Source: an uncultured Acidobacteriaceae bacterium
Lineage (GTDB): Bacteria > Acidobacteriota > Terriglobia > Terriglobales > Acidobacteriaceae
Length of the DNA: 64,000 nt
Direction of reading: 5' to 3'
Assembly: GCA_963795775.1 (NCBI GenBank)
Contig: CAWCJL010000007.1
Coordinates: 4-64,003 of the forward strand
The notes beneath the pieces are model-generated. The model did no database searches. It was not told the DNA's origin and saw nothing but the letters and a program-made list of their open reading frames with translations. The translations under genes were made by a program, and so were the position numbers. Positions 38,874 through 48,334 of this stretch are shown piece after piece; positions within the stretch are counted from its first letter, which is position 1; the number at the start of each line of letters is the position of its first letter.

Positions 38874-40742
38874 ATGGCGACAGGAGACGTTGCCCTGAAT
38901 GCGCAGCGCGATGCGGCATTGGCGGCTGAGAGAGCGGCGGATCCGTCCGCCCCAAAACGCATTGTGAATGACTTCAGCATCCAGGTGGCCACCGTCAACG
39001 GCTCTGGATCGCAGTCGGCGAACAACGTGCTGCTCAAGAGCATCTTTGCCATGGGCATTCCGGTAAGTGGCAAAAACCTCTTTCCCTCCAACATCGCGGG
39101 GCTGCCCACCTGGTATACCATCCGCGCCAGCAAGCACGGGTATGTCGCGCGCAAAAAGGAAATCGACCTCCTGATCGCGATGAATCCCGAGACGGCGAAG
39201 GACGATGTACTTTCGCTCCCGCCGGGCGCCGTGGCCGTCTACGATGAATCGCTGAATCTGAAGCAGTATCGCGAAGATGTGAATGGCTATCCCGTGCCAT
39301 TCGACAAGCTGACGGCCGCAGTATGTCCCGAAGCCAAGCTGCGCAAGCTGGTGAAGAACATGCTGTATGTCGGCGTGGTCGCCAAGCTGCTCAACATGGA
39401 TCTGACCAAGGTGGAAGCAGCCGTCCGCCGGCAGTTTGCCAAGAAGCAGAAGGCCGCGGACCTGAACTGGTCCGCCGTGATGGCCGGCTACGATTACGCC
39501 GCCTCCTCGCTCACCAAGCACGACCCGCTGGTACTCGAGCCGATGCACGGAACGGAAGGCAAGATCATCATCGACGGCAACTCCGCCGCGGCTCTGGGCG
39601 CGCTCTTTGCCGGGGTCACGGTCGTGACGTGGTATCCCATCACGCCCTCCTCCTCCGTGGTCGAAAACCTGATCGACTACCTGAAGAAGTACCGGATCAC
39701 CGAGGATGGCAAGGCGACTTTCGCAGTGGTGCAGGCGGAAGACGAGCTTGCTGCCGTGGGGATGGTGCTCGGCGCCGGCTGGGCAGGCGCGCGGTCGATG
39801 ACAGCGACCTCCGGACCGGGCATCTCGCTGATGGCGGAGTTTGCCGGCCTCGGCTACTTCGCGGAGCTGCCGGGCGTCATCTTCGACGTGCAGCGTGTGG
39901 GGCCTTCTACCGGCATGCCGACGCGCACGGCGCAGGGCGATGTGCTCTCGGTCGCTTATCTATCGCATGGCGATACCAAGCACGTCATGCTGCTGCCCGG
40001 TTCGGTGCGCGAGTGTTACGAATTCGCCACCGCTGCCTTCGACTTGGCGGAGCGGCTGCAGACGCCCACCTTTGTGCTCTCCGATCTTGACCTGGGCATG
40101 AACAACTGGATGTCCGAGCCGTTTGAATATCCGGAGAAGCCCATTGATCGTGGCAAGGTGCTGACGGCGGAAGACCTGACCCGCCTGGGCGGTTTTGCCC
40201 GCTACAAGGACGTGGATGGCGACGCCATTCCGTACCGCACACTGCCCGGAACGGACCACCCGCAGGCAGCGTACTTCACCCGCGGCAGCGGCCATAACGA
40301 GCGCGCGCTCTACACGGAGCGGCCGGACGAGTACCAGTACCAGATGGAGCGGCTGGCGCGGAAGTTCGAAACCGCGCGGACATTGGTCCCGCATCCGGTG
40401 CTGGTGGGCAACGGAGATTCGAAGATCGGATTGATCGCGTACGGCAGCTCGGACTTCGCAGTGCTCGAGAGCCTGGACCAGTTACGCAATGAATACAAGC
40501 TGGAAGCGGATTATCTGCGCATTCGCGCATTTCCGTTTACCCGGGAAGTGCATGATTTCGTCGCGGCGCATGAGCGGGTGTATGTGATTGAGCAGAACCG
40601 CGATGCACAGATGCTGAGCCTGCTGAAGCTGGACCTGCCCGCCGCCGAGACGACAAAGCTGCGCAGCGTGCGCCACTACAACGGGCTGCCGCTCGACGCG
40701 CGCAGCGTGACCGACGAACTCGTCATCCAGGAGGAATTGTAA
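38874..40742 (+). CDS. korA: 2-oxoglutarate/2-oxoacid:ferredoxin oxidoreductase alpha subunit (KorA type)
   Basis: About 620 aa. Contains FSIQVATVNGSGSQSANNVL, ITPSSSVVENL and TSGPGISLMAEFAGLGYFAELPGVIFDVQRVGPSTGMPTRT. The start is at ATG 38874 within ORF 38790..40742. Confidence 0.85.
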   Translation: MATGDVALNAQRDAALAAERAADPSAPKRIVNDFSIQVATVNGSGSQSANNVLLKSIFAMGIPVSGKNLFPSNIAGLPTWYTIRASKHGYVARKKEIDLLIAMNPETAKDDVLSLPPGAVAVYDESLNLKQYREDVNGYPVPFDKLTAAVCPEAKLRKLVKNMLYVGVVAKLLNMDLTKVEAAVRRQFAKKQKAADLNWSAVMAGYDYAASSLTKHDPLVLEPMHGTEGKIIIDGNSAAALGALFAGVTVVTWYPITPSSSVVENLIDYLKKYRITEDGKATFAVVQAEDELAAVGMVLGAGWAGARSMTATSGPGISLMAEFAGLGYFAELPGVIFDVQRVGPSTGMPTRTAQGDVLSVAYLSHGDTKHVMLLPGSVRECYEFATAAFDLAERLQTPTFVLSDLDLGMNNWMSEPFEYPEKPIDRGKVLTAEDLTRLGGFARYKDVDGDAIPYRTLPGTDHPQAAYFTRGSGHNERALYTERPDEYQYQMERLARKFETARTLVPHPVLVGNGDSKIGLIAYGSSDFAVLESLDQLRNEYKLEADYLRIRAFPFTREVHDFVAAHERVYVIEQNRDAQMLSLLKLDLPAAETTKLRSVRHYNGLPLDARSVTDELVIQEEL

Positions 40743-41815
40743 TGGCAACAGCCACGGGAGCAAATACCCCGACCTCGCAGCCGGCCGCGCAAAAGGCAGT
40801 CAAGAGCAACCGGCTGGGCCTGCAGGTACTGGACTACCGCGGCGGCAAGACGACCCTCTGCGCCGGCTGTGGCCACAATGCAATTTCCGAACGCATCATC
40901 GATGCCATGTACGACATGGGCGTGCAGCCGGAGCGGGTGATGAAGCTCTCCGGCATCGGCTGCTCGTCGAAGAGTCCCGCGTACTTCCTAAGCCGCGCGC
41001 ACAGCTTCAACAGCGTGCACGGACGCATGCCCTCGGTTGCCACAGGCGCGCTGCTCGCCAATCGCACCATGCTCGGTCTCGGCGTAAGCGGCGACGGCGA
41101 CACCGCCTCGATCGGCATGGGGCAGTTTGTCCACCTGCTGCGGCGCAATCTGCCCTTGATCTACATCATCGAGGACAATGGCGTGTACGGGCTCACCAAG
41201 GGCCAGTTCTCTGCGACGGCCGACGTGGGCTCCAAGCTGAAGACAGGCGTGATCAACGATCTGCCCGCCATCGACACCTGCGCACTCGCGGTGGAATTGG
41301 GGGCGACCTTCGTCGGGCGCTCTTTCTCCGGCGACAAAAAGCAGTTGCTGAACATGCTCAAGGCTGCGATTGCGCATAAGGGCACGGTGATGCTCGACGT
41401 GATCTCGCCCTGCGTAACTTTCAACGATCACGAAGGCTCGACCAAGAGTTACAAATACATGCAGGAGCACGAAGAGGCGATCAGCGAAGTGGGCTTTGTC
41501 CCGCACTTCGAGGACATCGCGGTGGACTACGATCCGGGCACCACGTATGACGTCGAGATGCATGACGGATCCCATCTGCGCCTGCGCAAGCTGCACGAGA
41601 ACTACAATCCGACGGACCGCATCGCCGCAGTCTCGGCGTTGATGGAGGCCCACGCCAAGGGCGAGGTGCTGACCGGCATCTTCTACCTGGACACCAAAAA
41701 GCCCAGCTTCACGGACCTGCTGAACCTGGTAAACGAGCCACTCGCGACCCTGCCCGAGAGCCTCGTTCGGCCTCCCAAGGCAGTGCTGGACGAGGTCATG
41801 CAGCGGCACCAGTAG
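40742..41815 (+). CDS. korB: 2-oxoglutarate/2-oxoacid:ferredoxin oxidoreductase beta subunit (TPP-binding)
   Basis: Contains CAGCGHNAI, GIGCSSK, GVSGDGDTASIGMGQF and IIEDNGVYGLTKGQ. Its start overlaps the korA stop. Confidence 0.85.
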   Translation: MATATGANTPTSQPAAQKAVKSNRLGLQVLDYRGGKTTLCAGCGHNAISERIIDAMYDMGVQPERVMKLSGIGCSSKSPAYFLSRAHSFNSVHGRMPSVATGALLANRTMLGLGVSGDGDTASIGMGQFVHLLRRNLPLIYIIEDNGVYGLTKGQFSATADVGSKLKTGVINDLPAIDTCALAVELGATFVGRSFSGDKKQLLNMLKAAIAHKGTVMLDVISPCVTFNDHEGSTKSYKYMQEHEEAISEVGFVPHFEDIAVDYDPGTTYDVEMHDGSHLRLRKLHENYNPTDRIAAVSALMEAHAKGEVLTGIFYLDTKKPSFTDLLNLVNEPLATLPESLVRPPKAVLDEVMQRHQ

Positions 41816-41831
41816 GCCGGTATTCCGCAGG

Positions 41832-41862
41832 CCGGGCGTTCACGGACGCCCGCTTTCTCGTG
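41832..41862 (+). terminator. Candidate intrinsic terminator after korB
   Basis: The hairpin has arms CCGGGCGT and ACGCCCG around a tcacgg loop. It is followed by CTTTCTCGTGTT and begins 17 nt after the korB stop. Confidence 0.45.
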
Positions 41863-42121
41863 TTGGTTCGGGCCGCCTGAGCAACGACATCGACGCGTAC
41901 GCGCCGATCCAGGAACCAATCGCCGCAAAGCCGACGTACACCCAATTTCGCGTGTAGCTGATAACTGCGAAAGCGGAAAGCAGGTACCACGCGCTGCTCC
42001 AGGTAGCAGCAGGGATGCGGCGGCGTGCGGCCACCGCTGCGCTGAACATGACGTAGATCGCATCCGTCGCCGCGGTAGAAGCAACTACGCCGAGCGCCAG
42101 CCATGGGTCAATATGCGGCAT
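41840..42121 (-). CDS. Small three-TM membrane protein (93 aa), unknown function
   Basis: Has three hydrophobic segments (WLALGVVASTAATDAIYVMFSAAV, WSSAWYLLSAFAVISY, VYVGFAAIGSWIGAYASM). I recognise no family. Confidence 0.4.
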   Translation of the reverse strand: MPHIDPWLALGVVASTAATDAIYVMFSAAVAARRRIPAATWSSAWYLLSAFAVISYTRNWVYVGFAAIGSWIGAYASMSLLRRPEPTRESGRP

Positions 42122-42209
42122 GGGCCCTCCTTACGGTTTGAGCTGATTTGACCGTCTGCAAATTCTCTCAAACAACAACGTAGGGCCGCTTCCACTGGAA
42201 GAGACCCCT

Positions 42210-43775
42210 TTGCTTCTCGATGCCCGGCTCTATTGTGACAGGCTGCGGAAAGTGAGTACTGGCTTCGCTCTGCATCCCAAGTCTCTTGACGGCGAGCGGG
42301 TGACAAGGTGGCTGGGCTCACTCACAATAGCAAGATCACCACAGCAGCCAAAGTTCGATGCGGGCGCAGGGCAGCACCGGGGAGTAACGCCGGACCGGCC
42401 CGATCTGCCGCGGGTGCTGAACCTCTCGCATGCCACGGCAATCGTGGTGGGGACGATCATCGGCAGCGGCATCTTCCTGGTGCCGCAGGAGATGATGCAG
42501 GCTGTCGGCTCGTCCACCCTGGTGTACCTGGCCTGGATCGCGGGTGGGCTGCTGACACTATGCGGCGCGATGACCTATGCCGAGCTGGGCGCCATGCGCC
42601 CGGAGGCGGGCGGCGAGTACGTGTACCTGCGCGACGCATACGGCGATATGGCCGCATTCTTTTACATGTGGACATGGTTTGCGGTGGCCAAGCCGGCATC
42701 GATCGCCAGTGTGACCACGGGATTCGTGCGCACGCTTGAGCTCTTTCCCGCGCTGCATTTTCTGACACGCCCTGCCATTGACCGTCCCTTCGAAGTGCTG
42801 TGGAGCCAGTTGCTGGCCATTGCCGCCACCTGGTTCGTGACCGGGCTGAACTATCTGGGCATGCGCAAGGCGGGCGATTTCCAATTGGTCTTTACCTGGC
42901 TCAAGGTCGCGCTGATCTTCGCCGTGGTGGGGATCTGCTTTTTCGGAGTCCCGCACGCCGGCTCCACTTCAGGATGGTCGAACTACGCTTCGCATTTCGC
43001 CGGCGCGACCGGCGGCTTCACCGGCTTCATGATCGCGCTGATAGCCGCGCTGTGGGCCTACGACGGATGGAATGACCTCTCCATGGTCGGCGGGGAAGTC
43101 CGCTCGCCGCAACGGAATCTGCCGCTGGCGTTGGTGGGCGGTGTCGTGATCGTCGGCGTGCTGTTTATGGGAACAAACGCGGCGATCCAATATGTGCTGC
43201 CAGCCGACGCTATCGCGGCTGCTCCGCGGCCTGCACTGGCGGCCCTCAGCCGCATTACCGGCCCGTGGGGTGCGGCGCTGCTGACCGCCGGCATGGCGCT
43301 CAGCATACTCGTGGGGCTGAACGGCACGGTCATGTCCGGCGCGCGGGTGCCCTTCGCCAGTGCACGGGACGGCCTGTTTTTCCGTCAAATTGCCCATATC
43401 AACCCGCGGTTCCGGTCACCGTCAACGTCGCTGGTAGTGCAGGGCCTGCTTTCAACGATGCTGCTGCTGGCGGTGGCGCGCTTTCAGCAACTCTTTGAGC
43501 TGGCCATCTTTTCCGAGTGGCTCTTCTACATGCTTGCCGCTACGACCGTGTTTGCTTTTCGGCGGCGCGAGCCGGACGCACCCCGGCCGTATCGTGTGCC
43601 CGGATATCCCGTCCTGCCAGCACTCTTCGTGCTGGCGTCGGCCGTGCTGCTTTGCTACTCCTACATCAGCAATCTGCGGAACTCGCTCATCGGCACAGTC
43701 GTGATCCTGCTTGGGCTCCCGTTATTCCTGCATTTCCGCAAGACTGCGGCTACGAAACCAGCGGGGGAGGCCTGA
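42210..43775 (+). CDS. APC-superfamily amino acid permease
   Basis: Contains LNLSHATAIVVGTIIGSGIFLVPQEM, about 12 TM segments, and AYDGWNDLSMVGGEVRSPQRNLP. The true start is probably downstream of 42210. Confidence 0.8.
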   Translation: MLLDARLYCDRLRKVSTGFALHPKSLDGERVTRWLGSLTIARSPQQPKFDAGAGQHRGVTPDRPDLPRVLNLSHATAIVVGTIIGSGIFLVPQEMMQAVGSSTLVYLAWIAGGLLTLCGAMTYAELGAMRPEAGGEYVYLRDAYGDMAAFFYMWTWFAVAKPASIASVTTGFVRTLELFPALHFLTRPAIDRPFEVLWSQLLAIAATWFVTGLNYLGMRKAGDFQLVFTWLKVALIFAVVGICFFGVPHAGSTSGWSNYASHFAGATGGFTGFMIALIAALWAYDGWNDLSMVGGEVRSPQRNLPLALVGGVVIVGVLFMGTNAAIQYVLPADAIAAAPRPALAALSRITGPWGAALLTAGMALSILVGLNGTVMSGARVPFASARDGLFFRQIAHINPRFRSPSTSLVVQGLLSTMLLLAVARFQQLFELAIFSEWLFYMLAATTVFAFRRREPDAPRPYRVPGYPVLPALFVLASAVLLCYSYISNLRNSLIGTVVILLGLPLFLHFRKTAATKPAGEA

Positions 43776-43778
43776 GTT

Positions 43779-45107
43779 TCAGACGATGACGGGGGCAGAC
43801 AAAGCGCCGACCGTGCCGAAGACCCGGCGATAGCGGGCGATCTCCGCAGGCGGCCCAGAGGCCTTGTTCGGATTGTCGGAGAGCTTGACGGTCGGGTGCC
43901 CTTCCACCTCGGTAAGTTTGCAGACGAGACTGATGGGATTGAAGCCAGGCAGGCCCTCCGGATGGCAGTCGCGGAAGTCGTTGGTAAGCAGCGTGCCCCA
44001 GCCGGAGCTGAAGCGGATGCGGCGCGCATCCGGGTTGCCGCCAGGTGCGCCGAAATACGCGTGGAGTTTGAGAATCTGATCTACATCGAGCGCGTCCGAA
44101 GCGATCAGGAGCTTGCTGCGCGGGTCGCGCCCGCGCGAAGCCAGCCATGCGATGTATTCGTCCCCGGCGACGAATGGGTCCTTGCTGTCAACGCGCTGCC
44201 CGGTCCAGTCGGCGACCCATTCAGGAGCATTGGCGAGGAACTGCGTGGTACCGAAGGTGTCCGGAAGCAGGATAAGCAACTCACCATGATACGTATCCTG
44301 CCAGAGCTCGAGAATGCGGTATTGCGATGTGCGCAGGGCATCGTCATCCGGCGCCAGCGCGGCGAGCGCCATGGGGAGTTCGTGCGCGTTGGTGCCGATG
44401 GCTTCAAGATCGTGCCGGTAGGCGAGATAAACGTTGGAGGTACCGGAAAAGCTCGAGCCGAGCGCCGTGCTCATCGCGTTCACAACATACTGCTGCCACA
44501 GGAAGCTGTGACGGCGACGTGAGCCGAAATCGGCGACACGCAGCCCGGCCACGCCGCGCATCCGCTCGATTTTGCCCCAGAGCCGGGTCTTCGCCTTGGC
44601 GTAGAGGATGTCGAGTTCGAGCTCATCCAGCACTTTGAGGTGAGTACGGGTTCGCAGCTCGTTCACCGCGGAAAGTGCATAGATCTCCCACATCGTCGTC
44701 TCGGTCCAGAGACCGGAGAAGGAGAGATGGAGCTGCCCGTTGCATTCGGAAAGCGTGTAGTCCGAGAGGCGAAAGTCGTGCCGGAGCCAGTCAAGGAAAG
44801 CCGGCTCGAAGATGCCGACGCGGCCGTAAAAGGTATTGCCGGCGAGCCAAACGAGTTCCGAAGGCAGAAACCGCAGCGTGCGGACGTGGTCGAGCTGCTC
44901 GACAAGCGAGGCGAGCGGCACCTCCTCTGCCAGATGGACAGAGAAGGTGCGGTTCTCCAGCACAAACGTGGTGTGGGTAGCGGGGAAGTGCTTCCAGATG
45001 AACTGGAGCATCAGCAGCTTGTAGAAGTCCGTATCGAGCAAGGAGCGAACGATGGGATCGATGGTCCAGTTGTGACTGTGCGCGCGCTCCGCGAAATTGA
45101 CGATCAT
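43779..45107 (-). CDS. pncB: Nicotinate phosphoribosyltransferase
   Basis: Contains IVRSLLDTDFYKLLMLQFIWKHFP, ADFGSRRRHSF and GTNAHELPMA. Confidence 0.85.
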   Translation of the reverse strand: MIVNFAERAHSHNWTIDPIVRSLLDTDFYKLLMLQFIWKHFPATHTTFVLENRTFSVHLAEEVPLASLVEQLDHVRTLRFLPSELVWLAGNTFYGRVGIFEPAFLDWLRHDFRLSDYTLSECNGQLHLSFSGLWTETTMWEIYALSAVNELRTRTHLKVLDELELDILYAKAKTRLWGKIERMRGVAGLRVADFGSRRRHSFLWQQYVVNAMSTALGSSFSGTSNVYLAYRHDLEAIGTNAHELPMALAALAPDDDALRTSQYRILELWQDTYHGELLILLPDTFGTTQFLANAPEWVADWTGQRVDSKDPFVAGDEYIAWLASRGRDPRSKLLIASDALDVDQILKLHAYFGAPGGNPDARRIRFSSGWGTLLTNDFRDCHPEGLPGFNPISLVCKLTEVEGHPTVKLSDNPNKASGPPAEIARYRRVFGTVGALSAPVIV

Positions 45108-45173
45108 CGATAGCTGGTTTCAGCTCCTGCACGGACAGGTGTGATTGGGACAAAGCGGGCCGGGCGATGGCAT

Positions 45174-45371
45174 TTACTTGTGTTCCCCGGTGTGCTCCTC
45201 GTGAGCTTCGGGCCCGGGAAAGTCAGTGTCGTTGTCTTTGATCATCGGGTCGTAGTTGCGATGGCCGAGTTGGCCTTGCAGATTGTGTTCGCCAGGGCTG
45301 GCCTGCGGTGTTTCCTGCTCGACGGCGCCCTTGTGCTCGTCGCTGTCGGGATGATGGGGTAGTCGTGTCAT
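45174..45371 (-). CDS. Small His/Asp/Glu-rich hydrophilic protein (65 aa)
   Basis: ATG start. Third-codon positions are G/C-rich like neighbouring genes. No Shine-Dalgarno sequence seen and no family recognised. Confidence 0.3.
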   Translation of the reverse strand: MTRLPHHPDSDEHKGAVEQETPQASPGEHNLQGQLGHRNYDPMIKDNDTDFPGPEAHEEHTGEHK

Positions 45372-45479
45372 AGGTGATGAGGATGTGGGAAGTCGTTGCG
45401 CTGTTGTCTCGCGGCACAGCGAAGGGATGCACGGTGCCGCATGCGCACATGGCAGCGCGGCACCTTGCTGGTTCGCGAT

Positions 45480-46979
45480 CTAGAGAGCGGCGGTGACGGC
45501 TTTGGTTTCGAGATAGTTGTGAAGCACTTCCTGGCCCATCTCGCGCCCCCAGCCGGACTGCTTGTATCCGCCGAAAGGCAGGTTGGCGTCGAAGACATTG
45601 TGGCAGTTGATCCAGACGCTGCCTGAACGGATGCGGCGGGCCATCTTGTGCGCGATGCTTAGGTCGCGTGTCCAGACGCTGGCCGCAAGGCCGTAGATGG
45701 AGTCGTTGGCCTCGGCGGCGATGCGGTCGAGGTCGGCATCAGAGAAGCGCTGAGCGCAGACCACCGGGCCGAAGATTTCTTCCTGCACCACCTTCATCTC
45801 CGGGCGCGTTTTGGTGAGCACCGTCGGTTCGACGAAGTAGCCTTGTCTCGAAGGCGACTTGCCACCGACGGCAACTTCTGCCCCCTCTTCGATACCGGCG
45901 TGGATGTAACCAGTTACGCGACGGAACTGCTCGTCGCTGACAAGCGGACCCATGTCTGTGCTGGGATCGAGGCCGGGGCCGACTTTGATTTTGCCGGCGA
46001 TATCGCTAACGCCCTGGAGCACCTGGTCGTAGATCTTTTCATGGATGAAAAGCCGCGAGCCGGCGCAGCAGCACTGGCCGTGGTTGAAGAAGATGGCGCT
46101 GGCGGCGCCGGGGATGGCGCGCTCGAGATCGGCGTCAGGAAAAACGATCGCCGGGCTCTTGCCGCCGAGCTCCAGCGTGACTTTCTTGAGATTGTCGGTC
46201 GCGGCTTTGACGATCAGCTTGCCCACTTCCGTTGAGCCGGTGAAGGCGATCTTGTCCACCAACGGGTGCTCGGCGAGGGGAGCGCCGGCGCCTTCGCCAT
46301 AACCGGTCAGAATGTTGATGACGCCTTCCGGGAAGCCGGCCTCCTGGACGAGCTCCGCCACACGCAGCATGCTCATGGGTGTCTGCTCTGCAAGCTTGAG
46401 CACGATGGTGCAGCCGGCGGCCAGTGCGGGCGCGAGCTTCCAGGCCGCCATCAGCAGCGGGAAGTTCCACGGGATGATCTGGCCCACGACGCCGATGGGT
46501 TCGCGCAACGTGTAGGAGTGGAAGTCGCGGCCGCTCGAAAGCGAGAGCGTGGAGCCGTTGATCTTGGTGGCCCAGCCAGCCATGTAGCGAAACATATCCA
46601 CGGCCAGCGGCAGGTCGGCGACCCGCGCGACGGAAAGAGGCTTGCCGTTGTCCAGGGATTCGATCTCCGCGATCTCTTCCAGGTTCTGCTCGATCAGGTC
46701 GCCGAGCTTCCAGATTATGCGGCCTCGCTCGGAGGGCGTCATGCGCGTCCACGGACCGGCATCAAATGCCAGGCGCGCGGCCCGAACGGCGCGGTCGACA
46801 TCTTCCGCTTCAGCTTCGGGCACCTGCGCCATCACTTCGCCGGTGGCCGGGTTATAGACCGGGAAAGCTTTGCCGGAAGCCGCCGGCACCAGCCGGCCGT
46901 CGATGAGCATGCGATGTTCGCGGGTGACGAACCGGGAAGTGGTCGCGCTGGCGCGCGCGTCTACAGGAATCGTTGCCAT
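45480..46979 (-). CDS. NAD(P)-dependent aldehyde dehydrogenase
   Basis: Contains VTLELGGKSP (Glu) and FFNHGQCCCAGSR (catalytic Cys). 499 aa. Confidence 0.9.
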   Translation of the reverse strand: MATIPVDARASATTSRFVTREHRMLIDGRLVPAASGKAFPVYNPATGEVMAQVPEAEAEDVDRAVRAARLAFDAGPWTRMTPSERGRIIWKLGDLIEQNLEEIAEIESLDNGKPLSVARVADLPLAVDMFRYMAGWATKINGSTLSLSSGRDFHSYTLREPIGVVGQIIPWNFPLLMAAWKLAPALAAGCTIVLKLAEQTPMSMLRVAELVQEAGFPEGVINILTGYGEGAGAPLAEHPLVDKIAFTGSTEVGKLIVKAATDNLKKVTLELGGKSPAIVFPDADLERAIPGAASAIFFNHGQCCCAGSRLFIHEKIYDQVLQGVSDIAGKIKVGPGLDPSTDMGPLVSDEQFRRVTGYIHAGIEEGAEVAVGGKSPSRQGYFVEPTVLTKTRPEMKVVQEEIFGPVVCAQRFSDADLDRIAAEANDSIYGLAASVWTRDLSIAHKMARRIRSGSVWINCHNVFDANLPFGGYKQSGWGREMGQEVLHNYLETKAVTAAL

Positions 46980-47125
46980 GGTCGTTTGAGCCTCCGGAAC
47001 CTTACCGTCTTGAGCGCAGAAGTGCCGCGCGGTAAGCGGAGATCACGATAGCATCGGAGGGAGATAGCATGCCAGCGGGTTTTCCTCAGTGCCGTGGATC
47101 GGACCGAGGCAGTGGCGCGAATGGA

Positions 47126-47158
47126 AACGCCAGCCGGGAAAGGCTGGCGTTCTTTTCT
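47126..47158. terminator. Bidirectional-looking intrinsic terminator downstream of cpoB
   Basis: A 10-bp perfect stem, AACGCCAGCC / GGCTGGCGTT, closes a gggaaa loop. CTTTTCT lies on the plus side and TTTCCATT on the minus side. Confidence 0.55.
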
Positions 47159-47175
47159 GAGTGTCTGCGACACCG

Positions 47176-48117
47176 CTATTGTGACTTGTAAGCGGTGGGC
47201 TTTGAAGGATTGATGCGGATGCCGAGCGCGTTCAGCTTGCTGCGCGCTTCCTGCGCCTCCGGAGTCATGGGATAGCGCTGGATGAGGGAGCGCAGCTCCT
47301 GCGCGCCGGGGTCGCGCTGCTGCATGGCGAGCAGTGCCTCGCCTTTCCGAAGCTGGGCAGCGGGGGCCTTGGGATTGCCGGGGAACTGCTCAAGCACCGC
47401 GTCGTAGTTCTTCACCGCCTGCGCGTACTTGCCCTGGCGGTAAGCGATCTCGCCCATGTAGTACTGCGCGTTGCCGGCCAGGTCGTCCTGCGGATAGTAG
47501 TGGACGACGTCGGCGAACTCCGAGCTCGCCACGTCGTACTTGGCGGAGTTGTAATCGCGGATCGCGCTTTGGTAGGTCTGCTGCAGCGGTGGCGCGGTGG
47601 CCTGGGGGGGCGCTCCACCGGCCGGGGCTGCGGCGCCGCCTGCGAATCCACCCGCGCCGGGGTTATCGGCGGGACCGCTGCCGTTGTTGCCGCCGGGACC
47701 AGCCGGCGGCTGCTGCGACTGGATGTTCTGCAGTTGTCCCTGCATGGCCTGCATGGTGGTGTCCAGCTTCGCGATACGCGACTTCAGCTCGTCCACGGAA
47801 TCGTTCAGCGCCTGGATCTGACCGGAGATCTGGTTGTTCTCACCCTGTGCGGCCACCGCCTGCTGCAGCGTGTTCATCTGGGTCGTGACCTTGTTCACGT
47901 TGTCCGTGTTCTGCTGTACCAGGTGCAGGATGACCGCAAGCTGCTGGTCATTGGACTGCTTCATCTGCGTGATCATGTCCTGCAGCTGCGAGACCTGCGT
48001 CTGCAGTTCGATGATCTCCTTTGCGACTGCGTGCGCGCGCGGCGGCAGGGCGGCGGATAGAGTGAAAGCGAGGACGACGGCGAGCGGAAAGAGACGTTTG
48101 CGCATGGCTTTTTTCAC
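47176..48117 (-). CDS. cpoB: Tol-Pal system protein CpoB/YbgF (coiled coil + TPR)
   Basis: Has a signal peptide, a Gln-rich coiled coil (LQTQVSQLQDMITQMKQ...), and C-terminal TPR (YYPQDDLAGNAQYYMGEIAYRQGKYAQAVKNYDAVLEQFPGNPKAPAAQLRKGEALL). It is last in the Tol-Pal cluster. The start may be ATG 48105. Confidence 0.8.
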   Translation of the reverse strand: MKKAMRKRLFPLAVVLAFTLSAALPPRAHAVAKEIIELQTQVSQLQDMITQMKQSNDQQLAVILHLVQQNTDNVNKVTTQMNTLQQAVAAQGENNQISGQIQALNDSVDELKSRIAKLDTTMQAMQGQLQNIQSQQPPAGPGGNNGSGPADNPGAGGFAGGAAAPAGGAPPQATAPPLQQTYQSAIRDYNSAKYDVASSEFADVVHYYPQDDLAGNAQYYMGEIAYRQGKYAQAVKNYDAVLEQFPGNPKAPAAQLRKGEALLAMQQRDPGAQELRSLIQRYPMTPEAQEARSKLNALGIRINPSKPTAYKSQ

Positions 48118-48334
48118 CGGGGTGGTTGGCTACAGTTTACGGGAAAGGCACGAGAAAGGCGCGGAAAACCCGGTCTGGGAACAAGGGTGGGAACCGGCGA
48201 TCGCCCGTGCGGAAAGTACGAACGGGCGACCTGCTCGTGAATGCTGGTGCGCTCTGCGCGTTCCCCGTCCTTCGCCTTCCGCAATGAACTGTAAGACGCG
48301 GGCGATTGCTGAGGACGAGGCGCAGTGTGCTGGG

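Noticed and set aside
42122-42330. Riboswitch (glycine/lysine type) in the long leader of the amino acid permease
   Set aside because: No conserved glycine or L-box core sequences are visible. The apparent leader is more likely explained by a mis-called, too-early start codon.
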